Below are positions 37,772 to 48,647 of a DNA stretch of 64,000 bases, one piece after another (position 1 is the stretch's first letter; each line of letters opens with the position of its first letter). The translations under genes were made by a program, and so were the position numbers. Source of the stretch: Alphaproteobacteria bacterium (GTDB lineage Bacteria; Pseudomonadota; Alphaproteobacteria; UBA828; JAPUJA01); the NCBI GenBank assembly GCA_965198325.1, contig CBDAPE010000015.1, forward strand, positions 335,158-399,157, written 5' to 3'. The notes beneath the pieces are model-generated. The model made no database searches, was not told where the DNA came from, and saw only the letters and a list, made by a program, of their open reading frames with translations.

Positions 37772-39868
37772 TTAGTGCGTGCCGACGATCCCGCCCAAAA
37801 CTGCGAGCAAAAGAAGCGCCACGATATTGGTGATCTTGATCATCGGGTTGACGGCAGGCCCGGCGGTGTCCTTGTAGGGATCGCCGACCGTATCGCCGGT
37901 CACCGCCGCCTTGTGGCTTTCGGAGCCCTTGCCGCCGTGATGGCCGTCTTCGATGTACTTCTTTGCGTTGTCCCACGCGCCGCCGCCCGAGGTCATCGAG
38001 ACCGCGACGAACAGCCCGGTGACGATGGTGCCCACGAGCATCGCGCCCAACGCCGAGAAGGCTGCGGACTGGCCCGCAATCAGCCAGATCACGATATAGA
38101 GGATGATCGGCGCCAGAACCGGCAGCAGCGAGGGCGCAATCATTTCACGGATCGCCGAGCGGGTAAGCAGATCGACGGCCCGGCCGTATTCCGGCTTGCC
38201 CGTGCCCTCCATGATGCCTGGGATCTCCTTGAACTGACGGCGTACCTCTCGCACCACCGCACCGGCCGCCCGTCCGACCGACAGCATCGAGAGGGAGGCG
38301 AACAGATAGGGCAACAGGCCGCCATAGAATAGACCGACGATTATGTACGGATTGGCGAGGTCGAAGGTGACGGTCACGTTTGGAAAATAGCGCCCAAGGT
38401 CCATCGTGAAGGCGGCGAAGAGCACGAGTGCGGCGAGACCGGCAGAGGCGATCGCGTACCCCTTGGTCACCGCCTTGGTCGTGTTGCCGACCGCATCCAG
38501 CACATCTGTCGTCTTGCGCACGTCCTCGGGCAGTTCGGCCATTTCGGCGATACCGCCCGCGTTATCCGTCACCGGGCCATAGGCGTCGAGCGCCACGACC
38601 ATGCCCGCCAGAGCGAGCATCGCGGTAACCGCGATAGAGATGCCGAAGAGGCCGCCCAGGAGATAGGACGCCACGATGGCCGCGGCGATCACAATCGCAG
38701 GCAGCGCGGTTGCCTGCATGGAGATGGCCAACCCGTGGATGATGTTGGTGGCGTGTCCGGTCTCGGACGAGCGGGCAATGGAGCGAACCGGGTTGTATGC
38801 CGTCGAGGTGTAGAACTCGGTGATCCAGACCATCAAGCCGGTCACGACGAGACCGATCAGACCGCAAATGAAGAGCTTCCAGCCCGCAGTCGCGACACCG
38901 CCGACCATGAGCTCTGTGTTCATGCCCACGATCCACTCGGTAATCGGCCACAGCGCCACGCCCGAGAGCACTGCCGTGACGATGAAGCCCTTATAGAGCG
39001 CGGCCATGACGTTCCCGCTGGAACCCAGGCGGACGAACAGCGTGCCGATGATCGAGGTCAGGATGCACACACCGCCGATCGCGAGCGGGTAGATCATCAT
39101 GGCGGTTGCCTGCGTGCCCGTGAAGTAAAGCGCCGTCAGCAGCATGGTCGCGACGATCGTAACGGCGTAGGTCTCGAACAGGTCTGCCGCCATGCCCGCG
39201 CAGTCGCCGACATTGTCGCCGACATTATCGGCGATTACCGCCGGGTTGCGCGGATCGTCCTCGGGAATGCCCGCTTCGACCTTGCCCACGAGATCGGCGC
39301 CGACATCGGCACCCTTGGTGAAGATTCCGCCACCCAGCCGCGCGAAGATCGAGATCAGGGAGCCGCCGAATCCGAGCGAGATAAGCGCCTCGAGGATTTC
39401 GCCGCGCCCGACACCGACCGCGACCAGGATGCCGTAATAGCCCGCCACGCCGAGCAGGGCGAGACCGACGACCAACATGCCGGTAACCGCGCCCGAGCGA
39501 AACGCAATGCCGAGCGCCGGCTTCAGACCGCCGCTACGCGCCGCTTCGGCTGTACGCACATTGGCCTTGACCGAGACGTTCATGCCGATATAGCCGGCCG
39601 CCGCCGACAACACCGCGCCGATTCCAAACCCGATTCCCGACAGGTAACCGAGCAGACCGGTGAGGACGCCGAAGATCACCAAACCGACCAGGCCGATGGT
39701 GAGATATTGGCGGTTGAGGTAGGCGCGGGCGCCTTCCTGGATGGCACCGGCGATTTCCTGCATCCGCTCGGTGCCGGCATTCGCCCCGACCACCGACCGC
39801 GCGGCAACGATGCCATAGAGAAGCGCAACGCCCCCGCAAATCAGGGCGAACCAGTAAGCAGCAATCAT
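37772..39868 (-). CDS. hppA: Membrane-bound proton-translocating pyrophosphatase
   Basis: 698 aa, polytopic, with GGG-rich H+-PPase motifs (e.g. [18 protein letters not shown]). Confidence 0.9.
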   Translation of the reverse strand: MIAAYWFALICGGVALLYGIVAARSVVGANAGTERMQEIAGAIQEGARAYLNRQYLTIGLVGLVIFGVLTGLLGYLSGIGFGIGAVLSAAAGYIGMNVSVKANVRTAEAARSGGLKPALGIAFRSGAVTGMLVVGLALLGVAGYYGILVAVGVGRGEILEALISLGFGGSLISIFARLGGGIFTKGADVGADLVGKVEAGIPEDDPRNPAVIADNVGDNVGDCAGMAADLFETYAVTIVATMLLTALYFTGTQATAMMIYPLAIGGVCILTSIIGTLFVRLGSSGNVMAALYKGFIVTAVLSGVALWPITEWIVGMNTELMVGGVATAGWKLFICGLIGLVVTGLMVWITEFYTSTAYNPVRSIARSSETGHATNIIHGLAISMQATALPAIVIAAAIVASYLLGGLFGISIAVTAMLALAGMVVALDAYGPVTDNAGGIAEMAELPEDVRKTTDVLDAVGNTTKAVTKGYAIASAGLAALVLFAAFTMDLGRYFPNVTVTFDLANPYIIVGLFYGGLLPYLFASLSMLSVGRAAGAVVREVRRQFKEIPGIMEGTGKPEYGRAVDLLTRSAIREMIAPSLLPVLAPIILYIVIWLIAGQSAAFSALGAMLVGTIVTGLFVAVSMTSGGGAWDNAKKYIEDGHHGGKGSESHKAAVTGDTVGDPYKDTAGPAVNPMIKITNIVALLLLAVLGGIVGTH

Positions 39869-40035
39869 GGATCTCTCGTCCTCTGCCGAAGCAAGAAAAC
39901 AGGGCGCGACCGGCTCTTCGGAACACCGAAGCCGAATCGGCCCTTTAATGGAGGCGCGAGAATGCCAGAAGAGCCTGGGCGATGCAACCTTGGTCTGGCC
40001 GGCTTGTGTACGCAGCAGGCGCGTCGAAATCGCGG

Positions 40036-40458
40036 CTAGCTGCGCCGCTCCATGGCGCTGTCGACGAGCACGTCGGAGACGATTCCCGGCCCGATCACCC
40101 GCTCGACGATCAGGAGAAAGCGTTTCTTGACCCGGAAGATATTGATGCTGGGCTCGTCTTTGCGCCGGAGCATGGCCTGAAGATGCAAATCGTGAATAAA
40201 GGCGTCGCGCAGGGGTGCGATGCTGGCGTTGACAGTTTCCAGGTCGCGCGAATCGGACAGTTCGAGTTGGAGCGTCAAGAGGACGTAGCCCTTGAACTGG
40301 TGCTCGCGCACGACCGGGGCGAACAGCGGATCGAGCGGCACGAAGGCGAGCTCCGGCTCATGGCTTTCCTGCTCGCCGCCCATGAACTGCATCACGCCGA
40401 ACCCGCCCGCAACCACAACGACGAGCAGTATTGCGATGAGCTTGATCTTCTTTTTCAC
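40036..40458 (-). CDS. FliL-like (PF03748-like) single-pass membrane protein, hypothetical
   Basis: The N-terminus is [22 protein letters not shown]. The rest is ...[33 protein letters not shown]...[14 protein letters not shown]..., which matches the FliL-family pattern. Confidence 0.45.
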   Translation of the reverse strand: MKKKIKLIAILLVVVVAGGFGVMQFMGGEQESHEPELAFVPLDPLFAPVVREHQFKGYVLLTLQLELSDSRDLETVNASIAPLRDAFIHDLHLQAMLRRKDEPSINIFRVKKRFLLIVERVIGPGIVSDVLVDSAMERRS

Positions 40459-40571
40459 CGTCGACCTCGCTCCGGCCCCGAAAATCCAGACCGCTCTCCT
40501 TGTGCCTGAAATCCGTGAACAAAGCGTGAAGCCGCGCGCTGACGTGAGTTTTGCGGCACAAGCCGGCGTAT

Positions 40572-41561
40572 CTAGAAGTGACGGTAGCCGCCCGCACCCA
40601 GGGCCATCGGTGCGCCGCCCGGATCGATCACCCGGACCCCCGGATCAGCCTCGATCCAGCCGATTGCAGTCAGCTTCAAGGTGAGCTCGGCACTTAAGGA
40701 GGAGATCGCCCCGGTGGAATCAGCGGGAACGGTGAATGCGAGTTCGTAATCGTCGCCTCCCGTCAGGGCCTCGTTCAATCGCTGCGCACCCAGTGCCACT
40801 GCGGCTCGGGCGGCCGCGGATAAGGGCACCGCGGCGGCCTCAATCGTTGCGCCGACGCCGGAAGCGACCGCGATATGACCGAGATCGGCAACCAAACCGT
40901 CCGAGAGATCGATCGCCGCGCTCGCCAAGCCGATTAGGCGGCAACCCAGCGCAAGACGGGGTTCGGGGCGACGAAACCGGGCCAGGAGATGCGCCTGGTC
41001 GGCAGCATCGAGCGCACCCAGTTCGCCCCGGTGGGTGGCAAGACCGAGTGCGCCGTCGCCCACGGTTCCCGAAACATACACCCGATCCCCTGGCCGGGCG
41101 TCGCTGCGCGTCAACGCGGCGCCCGTTACGACACGACCCAGCGCCGTGAGCGACAACGTGAGCGGACCCGGTGTCGAGACCGTATCACCGCCAAGCAATC
41201 CCACCCGGTAGTGCGTTTGATCGGCGGCCAGCCCGGACGCGAAACCCTCGAGCCAGTCGAGCGGCGTCTCGGCCGGCAGGGCCAGACCCAGCAGATAACC
41301 GATTGGGCTCGCACCCATCGCCGCCAAATCGGAGAGGTTGACCCGAAGCAGCTTTGCCCCGACGGCGCCAGGTTCCTCGTCGGCCGGAAAATGCACCCCG
41401 GCGACCATGACGTCCGTCGTTACGATAAGCGATTCTCCCAGCGGCGGGTCGACGCTCGCCGCATCGTTGAGGAGCCCGAAGGCGCCGGCCTCCCCGGCCG
41501 CGAGCGGTGCGAACAGCTGCTCGATCAGTGCGAATTCGCCGGGCCGGACGCGCTCAGCCAT
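40572..41561 (-). CDS. thiL: Thiamine-monophosphate kinase
   Basis: GEFALIEQLFAPL...TTDVMVAGVHF... Confidence 0.85.
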   Translation of the reverse strand: MAERVRPGEFALIEQLFAPLAAGEAGAFGLLNDAASVDPPLGESLIVTTDVMVAGVHFPADEEPGAVGAKLLRVNLSDLAAMGASPIGYLLGLALPAETPLDWLEGFASGLAADQTHYRVGLLGGDTVSTPGPLTLSLTALGRVVTGAALTRSDARPGDRVYVSGTVGDGALGLATHRGELGALDAADQAHLLARFRRPEPRLALGCRLIGLASAAIDLSDGLVADLGHIAVASGVGATIEAAAVPLSAAARAAVALGAQRLNEALTGGDDYELAFTVPADSTGAISSLSAELTLKLTAIGWIEADPGVRVIDPGGAPMALGAGGYRHF

Positions 41562-42060
41562 CGCCTGCCTGCTCGAATTCGGCAGCCCGCAGGTCGCGCG
41601 CCAGCCGATCCAGCGCAGCGTTTACGAACGCGCTCTCCCCACCCTCGTCGAAAGCATGCACAACGTCGACATATTCACTGACCACGACCCGGGCGGGAAT
41701 ATTGGGACACGCAACCAATTCGTAGGCGGCCGCCCGAAGCACGGCGCGTACGACGCCGCCTAGCCGTTGAAGCGACCAACCTTCACCGAGCAAGGGCAGA
41801 AGGCGCGCATCGAGCGCGTCGTGCCGGGCCGTTACGCCCCTGACCACACCGTCGAACCAGGCCCGGTCGACCGCCGTGAACTGCAACCCCTCGATCTCGC
41901 GATCGAGCCGATAGACAGAAAATTCGGCGATCACCGTGTCCGCATCCGCGCCACCGAATTCGATCTGGAAAAGCGCCTGAACCGCGGCGAGCCGCGCGAC
42001 GCTTCGCTCGGCGGCGCGCGGCGCCGAGCGCTCGTCCGCCTCATCCGGCGACGGACTCAC
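41554..42060 (-). CDS. nusB: Transcription antitermination factor NusB
   Basis: The GTG start overlaps the ribH stop. AAVQALFQIEFGG is the NusB N-terminal helix. Confidence 0.8.
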   Translation of the reverse strand: MSPSPDEADERSAPRAAERSVARLAAVQALFQIEFGGADADTVIAEFSVYRLDREIEGLQFTAVDRAWFDGVVRGVTARHDALDARLLPLLGEGWSLQRLGGVVRAVLRAAAYELVACPNIPARVVVSEYVDVVHAFDEGGESAFVNAALDRLARDLRAAEFEQAGDG

Positions 42061-42500
42061 GTGCTGCTGGCGCCGAACCGCCGTTTGAGCGCGACCATGG
42101 CCAGACAGGCCTTGGCGGCGGTGGCGCCCTTGTTTATCTCGTTGGTCCAGGCTCGAGCCCAGGCTTGGTCGCGGTTCTCCGTCGTCAAAATGCCGTAGCC
42201 GATGGCAACGTCCCGTTCGAGCGCCAGATCCGCCAACCCCCGGGCGCTCTCGCCGCAAACATAATCATAATGCGTCGTCTCGCCGCGGATGACGCAGCCG
42301 AGCGCAATATAACCGTCAAAGGCACCCGATCCGATTGCGAACCCGATTGCAGCCGGGATTTCGAAGCAGCCGGGTACGGTGATCCGCTCAAAGCTCGCGC
42401 CCGACGCTTCGAGCTCAGCGACAGCACCCTTCACGAGCTCATCGGCGATATCGTCGTAGAATCGGGCATCGACGATCAGGATATGCGGTGTATCGGCCAT
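42057..42500 (-). CDS. ribH: 6,7-dimethyl-8-ribityllumazine synthase
   Basis: ILIVDARFYDDIADELVKGAV...GCFEIP...GETTHYDYV. Confidence 0.9.
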   Translation of the reverse strand: MADTPHILIVDARFYDDIADELVKGAVAELEASGASFERITVPGCFEIPAAIGFAIGSGAFDGYIALGCVIRGETTHYDYVCGESARGLADLALERDVAIGYGILTTENRDQAWARAWTNEINKGATAAKACLAMVALKRRFGASST

Positions 42501-42545
42501 GGGCTCCTCCGTCCGGACTTGCTGGAATGGCGCGGCCTGCGGATA

Positions 42546-43142
42546 TCAGGCGCCGTCCGCCTCCCGGAGACGGGCAACGTAGCGCGAGAGCACGTCGACC
42601 TCAAGATTGACCGGCGCGCCGGAATCCAAGTCGGCAAAGCTGGTCGCCTCGAGCGTGCGGGGAATGATATTGACGCCGAAGCGCGCGCCGTCGACCTCGT
42701 TCACCGTGAGCGAGACGCCATCGACGCAAATTGACCCCTTGAGCGCGATGAAGCGCGCGATCGCCGCAGGCGCGACAATCGCGAAGCGAGCCGAGCCCCC
42801 GTCGGGCCACCGCTCGACGAGCTCGCCGACGCCATCGACATGCCCCAGGACCATGTGGCCGCCCAGCTCGTCGCCGACCCCGAGCGGACGCTCGAGATTG
42901 ATCGCCCGGCCCACCTGCCAGTGTCCCAGCGTCGTGCAGGCCAGCGTCTCGGCGGAAACATCGGCGGCGAACCAGTCGGGGCCGAGCTCGACCGCCGTGA
43001 GACAGGCGCCCGAACAGGCGATCGACGCGCCGATTGGAATCGCCGCCGTCTCGTAAGCAGTCTCGACCTCGAGCCGGCGACCCCCGTCGGCGTCGGCAAT
43101 GGCACGCAAGCGCCCGCGATCAGTAATGATGCCCGTAAACAT
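42546..43142 (-). CDS. ribE: Riboflavin synthase alpha chain
   Basis: MFTGIITDRGRL...SIACSGACLT...GHMVLGHVDG. The duplicated lumazine-binding motifs are present. Confidence 0.9.
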   Translation of the reverse strand: MFTGIITDRGRLRAIADADGGRRLEVETAYETAAIPIGASIACSGACLTAVELGPDWFAADVSAETLACTTLGHWQVGRAINLERPLGVGDELGGHMVLGHVDGVGELVERWPDGGSARFAIVAPAAIARFIALKGSICVDGVSLTVNEVDGARFGVNIIPRTLEATSFADLDSGAPVNLEVDVLSRYVARLREADGA

Positions 43143-43151
43143 GGCTTCTAT

Positions 43152-44231
43152 TTACGCCGTGACGGCGTAGCTTTCCAGCAGGTCGTCACCTATGGGCTCG
43201 ACGGATAGGCGCTGAAAACGGGGTGCGGCGGCCAGCCGGTCGACACCGAACGCGGCGGCACCCGGCACGCCGTCGCCACCGATCATCGAAGCGGCGCGGA
43301 ACCAAGCCAGGCGATCGATCAGCCCCGCAGCCAGGAGAGTTGCGGCAAGATGACTGCCGCCCTCGACCAGCAGGCGGGTGATGCCGCGCGCGCCGAGCGC
43401 CGTCAGGACGCGCCCGAGATCCGGCCGGCCGGCCGCATCCGGCTCGACCTCGACGAGATCCACACCCGCACCCCGATAGGCCGCCTCACGGGCGGCATCA
43501 CCACCCGCCAGCGTGAACACCCAGCACGGATGCTCGCCTGCCACGGCGACGAGACGGCTGGTCAGCGGCAGACGCATCCGGCCATCGACGACGACCCTTA
43601 CAGGCGTGCGGGTCTCCAGTCCGGACAGACGGCAGGTGAGTTCGGGATCGTCCGCCAGTCCAGTGCCGACCCCGATCATCACGGCGTCGGCCTCGGCGCG
43701 CAGGAGATGAGCGCGGGCGCGCGCCGCCTCGCCGGTAATCCAGCGACTCTCGCCTGCACGAGTCGCAATCCGGCCGTCGAGCGTCGTCGCGAGTTTGAGG
43801 GTAGCCAGCGGTCGGCCGTCGGCGATGCGTCGGATGAAGCCCGCGTTGAGCTCGGCCGCGGCCGCGGCGCAAACCCCCAGGGTGACCTCGACGCCGGCTT
43901 CGCGCAGCCGGACGAGCCCCTGACCGTCGACCCGAGGGTCGGGATCCCTGAGCGCGACGACCGCGCGGGCGATACCGGCTTGGATCATCGCGTCGACGCA
44001 GGGCCCGGTCTGGCCGTGATGGGCGCAGGGTTCGAGGCTGACATAGGCTACGGCACCCCGAGCCGCTTCGCCCGCCCGGCCGAGTGCCTCGGCTTCGGCA
44101 TGGGGCCGGCCGCCGGGTTGGGTCCAGCCCCGCCCGACGACGGTGCCATCACGCACGAGCACACAACCGACGGCCGGGTTCGGCCAGACGACGCCCAGAC
44201 CGCGCCGCGCCAAATTGAGCGCAGCACCCAT
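43152..44231 (-). CDS. ribD: Bifunctional riboflavin biosynthesis protein RibD (deaminase/reductase)
   Basis: Start at MGAALNLARRGLG...PNPAVGCV...HAEAEAL...SLEPCAHHGQTGPC. A C-terminal reductase domain is present. The ORF track runs to 44339, overlapping nrdR. Confidence 0.85.
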   Translation of the reverse strand: MGAALNLARRGLGVVWPNPAVGCVLVRDGTVVGRGWTQPGGRPHAEAEALGRAGEAARGAVAYVSLEPCAHHGQTGPCVDAMIQAGIARAVVALRDPDPRVDGQGLVRLREAGVEVTLGVCAAAAAELNAGFIRRIADGRPLATLKLATTLDGRIATRAGESRWITGEAARARAHLLRAEADAVMIGVGTGLADDPELTCRLSGLETRTPVRVVVDGRMRLPLTSRLVAVAGEHPCWVFTLAGGDAAREAAYRGAGVDLVEVEPDAAGRPDLGRVLTALGARGITRLLVEGGSHLAATLLAAGLIDRLAWFRAASMIGGDGVPGAAAFGVDRLAAAPRFQRLSVEPIGDDLLESYAVTA

Positions 44232-44244
44232 ATGACGGCGGTCG

Positions 44245-44709
44245 TCAGCCGCCGTCGCGATCGCCGCTGAGCTGGCCAAGAAACTCCTCGAAATCCTTGG
44301 CCTCGCGGAAATTCCGGTAGACCGAGGCGAAGCGCACATAGGCGACCTGATCGAGCCCGGCGAGTGCGTCCATCACGAGCTCGCCGATCACCTCGGAAGG
44401 AATATCACTTTCCCCCATGGTTTCAAGCCGGCGCACGATGCCGTTGACCATCTGGTCGACGCGCTCCGGTTCGACCGGGCGGCGGCGCATTGCAATGTCG
44501 ATCGAGCGGGCCAGCTTGTCGCGGTCGAACAGGACGCGCTGCCCGCCGCGCTTGACGACGGTGAGCTCGCGCAGCTGAACCCGTTCGAAGGTCGTGAACC
44601 GCGCACCGCAGTTCTGGCATTGCCGGCGACGGCGGATCGCCGCGTTATCCTCGGTCGGCCGGGAATCCTTGACCTGTGTGTCGTCACCTCCGCAAAACGG
44701 ACAGCGCAT
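44245..44709 (-). CDS. nrdR: Transcriptional repressor NrdR
   Basis: [18 protein letters not shown]...[12 protein letters not shown]. Confidence 0.9.
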   Translation of the reverse strand: MRCPFCGGDDTQVKDSRPTEDNAAIRRRRQCQNCGARFTTFERVQLRELTVVKRGGQRVLFDRDKLARSIDIAMRRRPVEPERVDQMVNGIVRRLETMGESDIPSEVIGELVMDALAGLDQVAYVRFASVYRNFREAKDFEEFLGQLSGDRDGG

Positions 44710-44723
44710 GGGTTGCCTCCCCT

Positions 44724-46025
44724 TTAAGCTCCGCCGAGAGCACGGTAGATCGGAAAGCGCGCACAGAGTGCCCGAGCCTGCGCCGCTGCCGCCGCCTCTG
44801 CAGCGGAATTGTCATCGGGATGGGCTGCAAGTCCGTCGAGCACATCGCCGATGAGATGCCCGACGGTGCGGAATTCCGCCGTGCCGAAGCCGCGACTGGT
44901 CGCCGCCGGCGTACCCAACCGGATGCCCGACGTCACGGTCGGCTTCTCGGGATCGAACGGTATCGCGTTCTTGTTGCAGGTCATGCCGGCGTTCTCGAGG
45001 CTGATCTCGGCGGCTTTGCCGGTCAGCGTCTTTGACCGCAAATCGACCAGCATGAGATGGGTGTCGGTCCCGCCCGAGACGATATCGACACCGCGCTCGA
45101 CGAGGCTGTCCGCCAGAACTTTGGCGTTCTCCGCCACTTGAGCAGCATAGGCTTTGAATTCGGGCGTCAGCGCTTCGCCGAAAGCGACCGCCTTCGCCGC
45201 GATCGCGTGCATCAGCGGGCCGCCCTGAAGCCCCGGAAAGATCGCTGAGTTGATCTTCTTCGCGATCTCCTCGTCGTCCGACAGAATGATGCCACCACGC
45301 GGGCCGCGCAGGGTCTTGTGCGTGGTCGACGTGACCACATGGGCGTGGGGAAACGGGCTCGGGTGCACGCCGGCGGCGACCAGGCCGGCGAAGTGCGCCA
45401 TGTCGACCATGAAGTAGGCACCGGCGGAATCGGCGATCCCGCGGAACCGGGCAAAGTCGATGATCCGGGGATAGGCCGAGCCGCCCGCGATGATCAGCTT
45501 GGGCCGATGTTCCGTGGCCAGCGCCTCGACCTCGTCGAAATCGATCTGGTCGTCCTGACTGCGCACGCCGTACCCGATCGCGTCGAACCACTTGCCGGAA
45601 AGATTGGGCTTCGCGCCGTGGGTCAGGTGACCACCTGCAGCCAGGCTCATGCCCAGGATCGTATCGCCGGGCTTGATCAGGGCGAGAAAGACCCCCTGGT
45701 TGGCCTGGGAGCCGGAGCTCGGCTGGACGTTGGCGAAGCCGCAGCCGAACAGCTCTTTGGCCCGGTCGATGGCCAACTGCTCTGCGATATCGACAAATTC
45801 GCAACCGCCGTAATAGCGCCGGCCAGGATAGCCCTCGGCATATTTATTGGTCAGGACCGAGCCTTGGGCCCGGAGAACCGCCGCACTCACGATATTCTCC
45901 GAGGCGATCAGCTCGATCGTGTTCTGCTGGCGCTCGAGTTCGAAATCAAGGGCGCGTTGGAGTTCGGGGTCGGTCTCCGCGAGTTCGGCGGAAAAGATCG
46001 GCAATTCGGAAGCACTCATTTCCAT
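44724..46025 (-). CDS. glyA: Serine hydroxymethyltransferase
   Basis: [15 protein letters not shown]...[12 protein letters not shown]. The start is MEMSASELP, with an alternative at 46019. Confidence 0.9.
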   Translation of the reverse strand: MEMSASELPIFSAELAETDPELQRALDFELERQQNTIELIASENIVSAAVLRAQGSVLTNKYAEGYPGRRYYGGCEFVDIAEQLAIDRAKELFGCGFANVQPSSGSQANQGVFLALIKPGDTILGMSLAAGGHLTHGAKPNLSGKWFDAIGYGVRSQDDQIDFDEVEALATEHRPKLIIAGGSAYPRIIDFARFRGIADSAGAYFMVDMAHFAGLVAAGVHPSPFPHAHVVTSTTHKTLRGPRGGIILSDDEEIAKKINSAIFPGLQGGPLMHAIAAKAVAFGEALTPEFKAYAAQVAENAKVLADSLVERGVDIVSGGTDTHLMLVDLRSKTLTGKAAEISLENAGMTCNKNAIPFDPEKPTVTSGIRLGTPAATSRGFGTAEFRTVGHLIGDVLDGLAAHPDDNSAAEAAAAAQARALCARFPIYRALGGA

Positions 46026-46121
46026 AACGTTTCGTTCTCGTGGCTGCACTACTGTTTCAACCTGTCGTTACCCGGGCGATCCGATGCCGTCCAGCCGCGG
46101 TCGGCGGGTCATCGCCGCCGA

Positions 46122-46556
46122 TCAACTCATCTTTGCGACACGCCTCCCGTGCCGCCCCCCCTCGAACGGGGTATCCAGGAACACCCGCAAACAATCCTGG
46201 GCGACTTCGGCCCCCGTGGTTCGCGCACCCAGGACCAGCACGTTCGCATCGGTGTGGGCCCGGCTCATACGCGCGCTCACCGCATCGTGACACAGCGCGG
46301 CCCGAAGTTCGCGATGACGGTTGGCTGCAATGCTGATGCCAATCCCGGTGCCGCAAATCAGCACGCCCCGGGTTGCGTCACCGGCGGCAAGCGCCTTGGC
46401 CATGCGATCGGCGAAATCGGGATAGTCGACTGCTTCGGGTCCCCGTGTCCCGAGATCCCGGACCGCGTACCCCATCGCCTCCAGCACCGCAGTCAGGTCG
46501 GCTTTCAACTGCACGCCAGCGTGGTCGGATGCGATCGCGATCGTTTCGTCCGTCAT
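46122..46556 (-). CDS. rpiB: Ribose-5-phosphate isomerase B
   Basis: MTDETIAIASDHAGVQLKADL...GVLICGTGIGISIAANR. Confidence 0.85.
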   Translation of the reverse strand: MTDETIAIASDHAGVQLKADLTAVLEAMGYAVRDLGTRGPEAVDYPDFADRMAKALAAGDATRGVLICGTGIGISIAANRHRELRAALCHDAVSARMSRAHTDANVLVLGARTTGAEVAQDCLRVFLDTPFEGGRHGRRVAKMS

Positions 46557-46816
46557 GGTTCGCCCCGTATCCCGCCCTCCGCAATCGAGCAGAACAGAAA
46601 TGTCCGAACTCCAAACCGAGGGCAATATATTGCATAAACCCGCCGCGACGCCACAACTTAGGCGATCGCGAGCGGCGTGGCGAACTCCAAGGGTTTGACA
46701 ACCACACGAGCGCATGTAAAGAAATAGGTTTCATCTGGCAAATTACTGAAGAACAATGAATTTTCGTCAAGCGAATAAGTACTCGAATGAAACGTCAGAA
46801 AAATGGATTACGACCA

Positions 46817-47272
46817 ATGAGTGATGTGACAGACAGCTCCATTCCTAATGACGAACTCGTGCGCATGGCAGCGGAAATCGCCTCGGCTTATGTCGGTCGG
46901 AACCGGTTGGCCAGTGGCCAAGTTTCCGACGTCATTCGCGCAGCCCATGCATCCTTGCTGGGAACGCAGACCCCAGGACCCGCCGGAGCCCAACGACCGA
47001 AACCGGCGGTTTCCGTCCGCCGCTCGATCACACCCGATTATCTGATATGCCTTGAGGACGGAAAAAAGCTGAAGATGCTCAAGCGGCATCTGCGGGCGCG
47101 CTACGACATGACGCCCGACGACTACCGGAATAAATGGGGCTTGCCCGCCGATTATCCGATGGTCGCACCGAACTACTCGAAGAAGCGGTCCGCCTTCGCG
47201 AAGCAGATCGGGCTCGGACGCAAGCCCGGCGCCCGCCGTAAGAAAGCCAGCGCAAAGAGCAAGAAGAAATAA
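46817..47272 (+). CDS. MucR/Ros-family zinc-finger transcriptional regulator
   Basis: MSDVTDSSIPNDELVRMAAEIASAYV...ITPDYLICLEDGKKLKMLKRHLRARYDMTPDDYRNKWGLPADYPMVAPNYS. Confidence 0.85.
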   Translation: MSDVTDSSIPNDELVRMAAEIASAYVGRNRLASGQVSDVIRAAHASLLGTQTPGPAGAQRPKPAVSVRRSITPDYLICLEDGKKLKMLKRHLRARYDMTPDDYRNKWGLPADYPMVAPNYSKKRSAFAKQIGLGRKPGARRKKASAKSKKK

Positions 47273-47385
47273 ACCGCGACAGCCGTCCTTGTCGCGGCGG
47301 CCAGCCCTTGCGCATCCCCGGACCGCCCGTTAGGCTTTCTCTAAAGAGCCGTAACCGGCTGCGGAACCGAAAGGGAGCGCCGCTC

Positions 47386-48633
47386 GTGGCACGCCGAGCC
47401 GCAATCGCATTTCAACCAGGCCCCCTCGTGCGGGCAACGCTCGCACTGGCCGTTGCCGGTGCGGTTGCCCTCGGCACTGAGCGGGCCGAGGCCGACGACA
47501 TCACGATCGGCACCCTGGTTCCGCTGACGGGCGATCTGCAGGCCTACGGCGGGGACATCCTGAACGGGTCGATCCTCGCGGTCGACGAGATCAACGCGGC
47601 CGGTGGTGTGCTTGGCCAGACCCTCGCGCTTGCCGTCGGCGATACCCAGACGAAACCCCAGGCGGGTGTTGACGCCGCCCAGAAACTCCTCTCATTGGAA
47701 GGTGCCGTGGCGCTGGTGGGCGCGTTGTCGAGCGGCGTGACGATCCCGATCGCCTCTTCGGTTTCCAAGCCCAATAGGATCGTCCAGATCAGCAACGCAT
47801 CGACTTCGCCGGTCATTTCCACGCTCGACGACGACGATTTCCTGTTCCGCACGATTCCGTCGGACGCGTTTCAGGGTGTGGCTCTCGCCCAGGTCGTGGT
47901 CGAGAGCGGACTGATGAACGTGGGAACCCTCTACATCAACAACGATTACGGCGAGGGGCTGGCCAACAGCTTCAGGGACGCGTTCGAGGCGCTAGGCGCG
48001 GACAATTCCGCAGCCCTGCCCTACGAGCCGGGCAACGCCTCCTATCGGGGCGAGCTCGCGGCGGTTTCGCGGGACGGCGCCGAGGCGCTGCTGCTGATCG
48101 GCTATCCCGAGAACGGCGTCATCATTCTTCGCCAGGCGCTTGAGGAAGGTTATTTCACCAAGTTCATTTTCACCGACGGTATGAAATCTCCTAAGATTAT
48201 CGAGGCAATCGGCTCCTATCTCGACGGCTCGATCGGCACCAACCCCCAAGCCTTGGGCGACAGCGACCCGGCGATGCATTTTGCAACGGCTTACGAAGAG
48301 CACTTCGGCGCGCCCGTACTCACCCCCTTCGTCGACGCCGCCTACGACGCCGTCTATATCCTGGCGCTCGCCATCGAAGCGGCTGGCAGTTCCGACAAAG
48401 TTGCGATTCGCGACCACTTGCGCAACGTCGCCAACCCGCCCGGAACCAGCGTCGGGCCCGGCGAATGGGCCAAGGCGAAGGCTTTGATCGCCGAAGACGA
48501 GGCGGTAAATTACATCGGCGCGGCCGGGGCCCACGATTTCGACGCCGGCGGCGACGTCGAGGGTACCTTTGCATTCTGGACGATCGAGAACGGCGAATTC
48601 GTCACGCTCAAGGTGTTCCGGCCCGAAAGCTGA
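47386..48633 (+). CDS. Branched-chain amino acid ABC transporter substrate-binding protein (LivJ/K-like)
   Basis: GTG start with AAGGGAG upstream. The signal peptide is ...ATLALAVAGAVALG. The type-I PBP body is ...ITIGTLVPLTGDLQAYG. Confidence 0.8.
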   Translation: MARRAAIAFQPGPLVRATLALAVAGAVALGTERAEADDITIGTLVPLTGDLQAYGGDILNGSILAVDEINAAGGVLGQTLALAVGDTQTKPQAGVDAAQKLLSLEGAVALVGALSSGVTIPIASSVSKPNRIVQISNASTSPVISTLDDDDFLFRTIPSDAFQGVALAQVVVESGLMNVGTLYINNDYGEGLANSFRDAFEALGADNSAALPYEPGNASYRGELAAVSRDGAEALLLIGYPENGVIILRQALEEGYFTKFIFTDGMKSPKIIEAIGSYLDGSIGTNPQALGDSDPAMHFATAYEEHFGAPVLTPFVDAAYDAVYILALAIEAAGSSDKVAIRDHLRNVANPPGTSVGPGEWAKAKALIAEDEAVNYIGAAGAHDFDAGGDVEGTFAFWTIENGEFVTLKVFRPES

Positions 48634-48647
48634 CGCGGTTCGGACGC

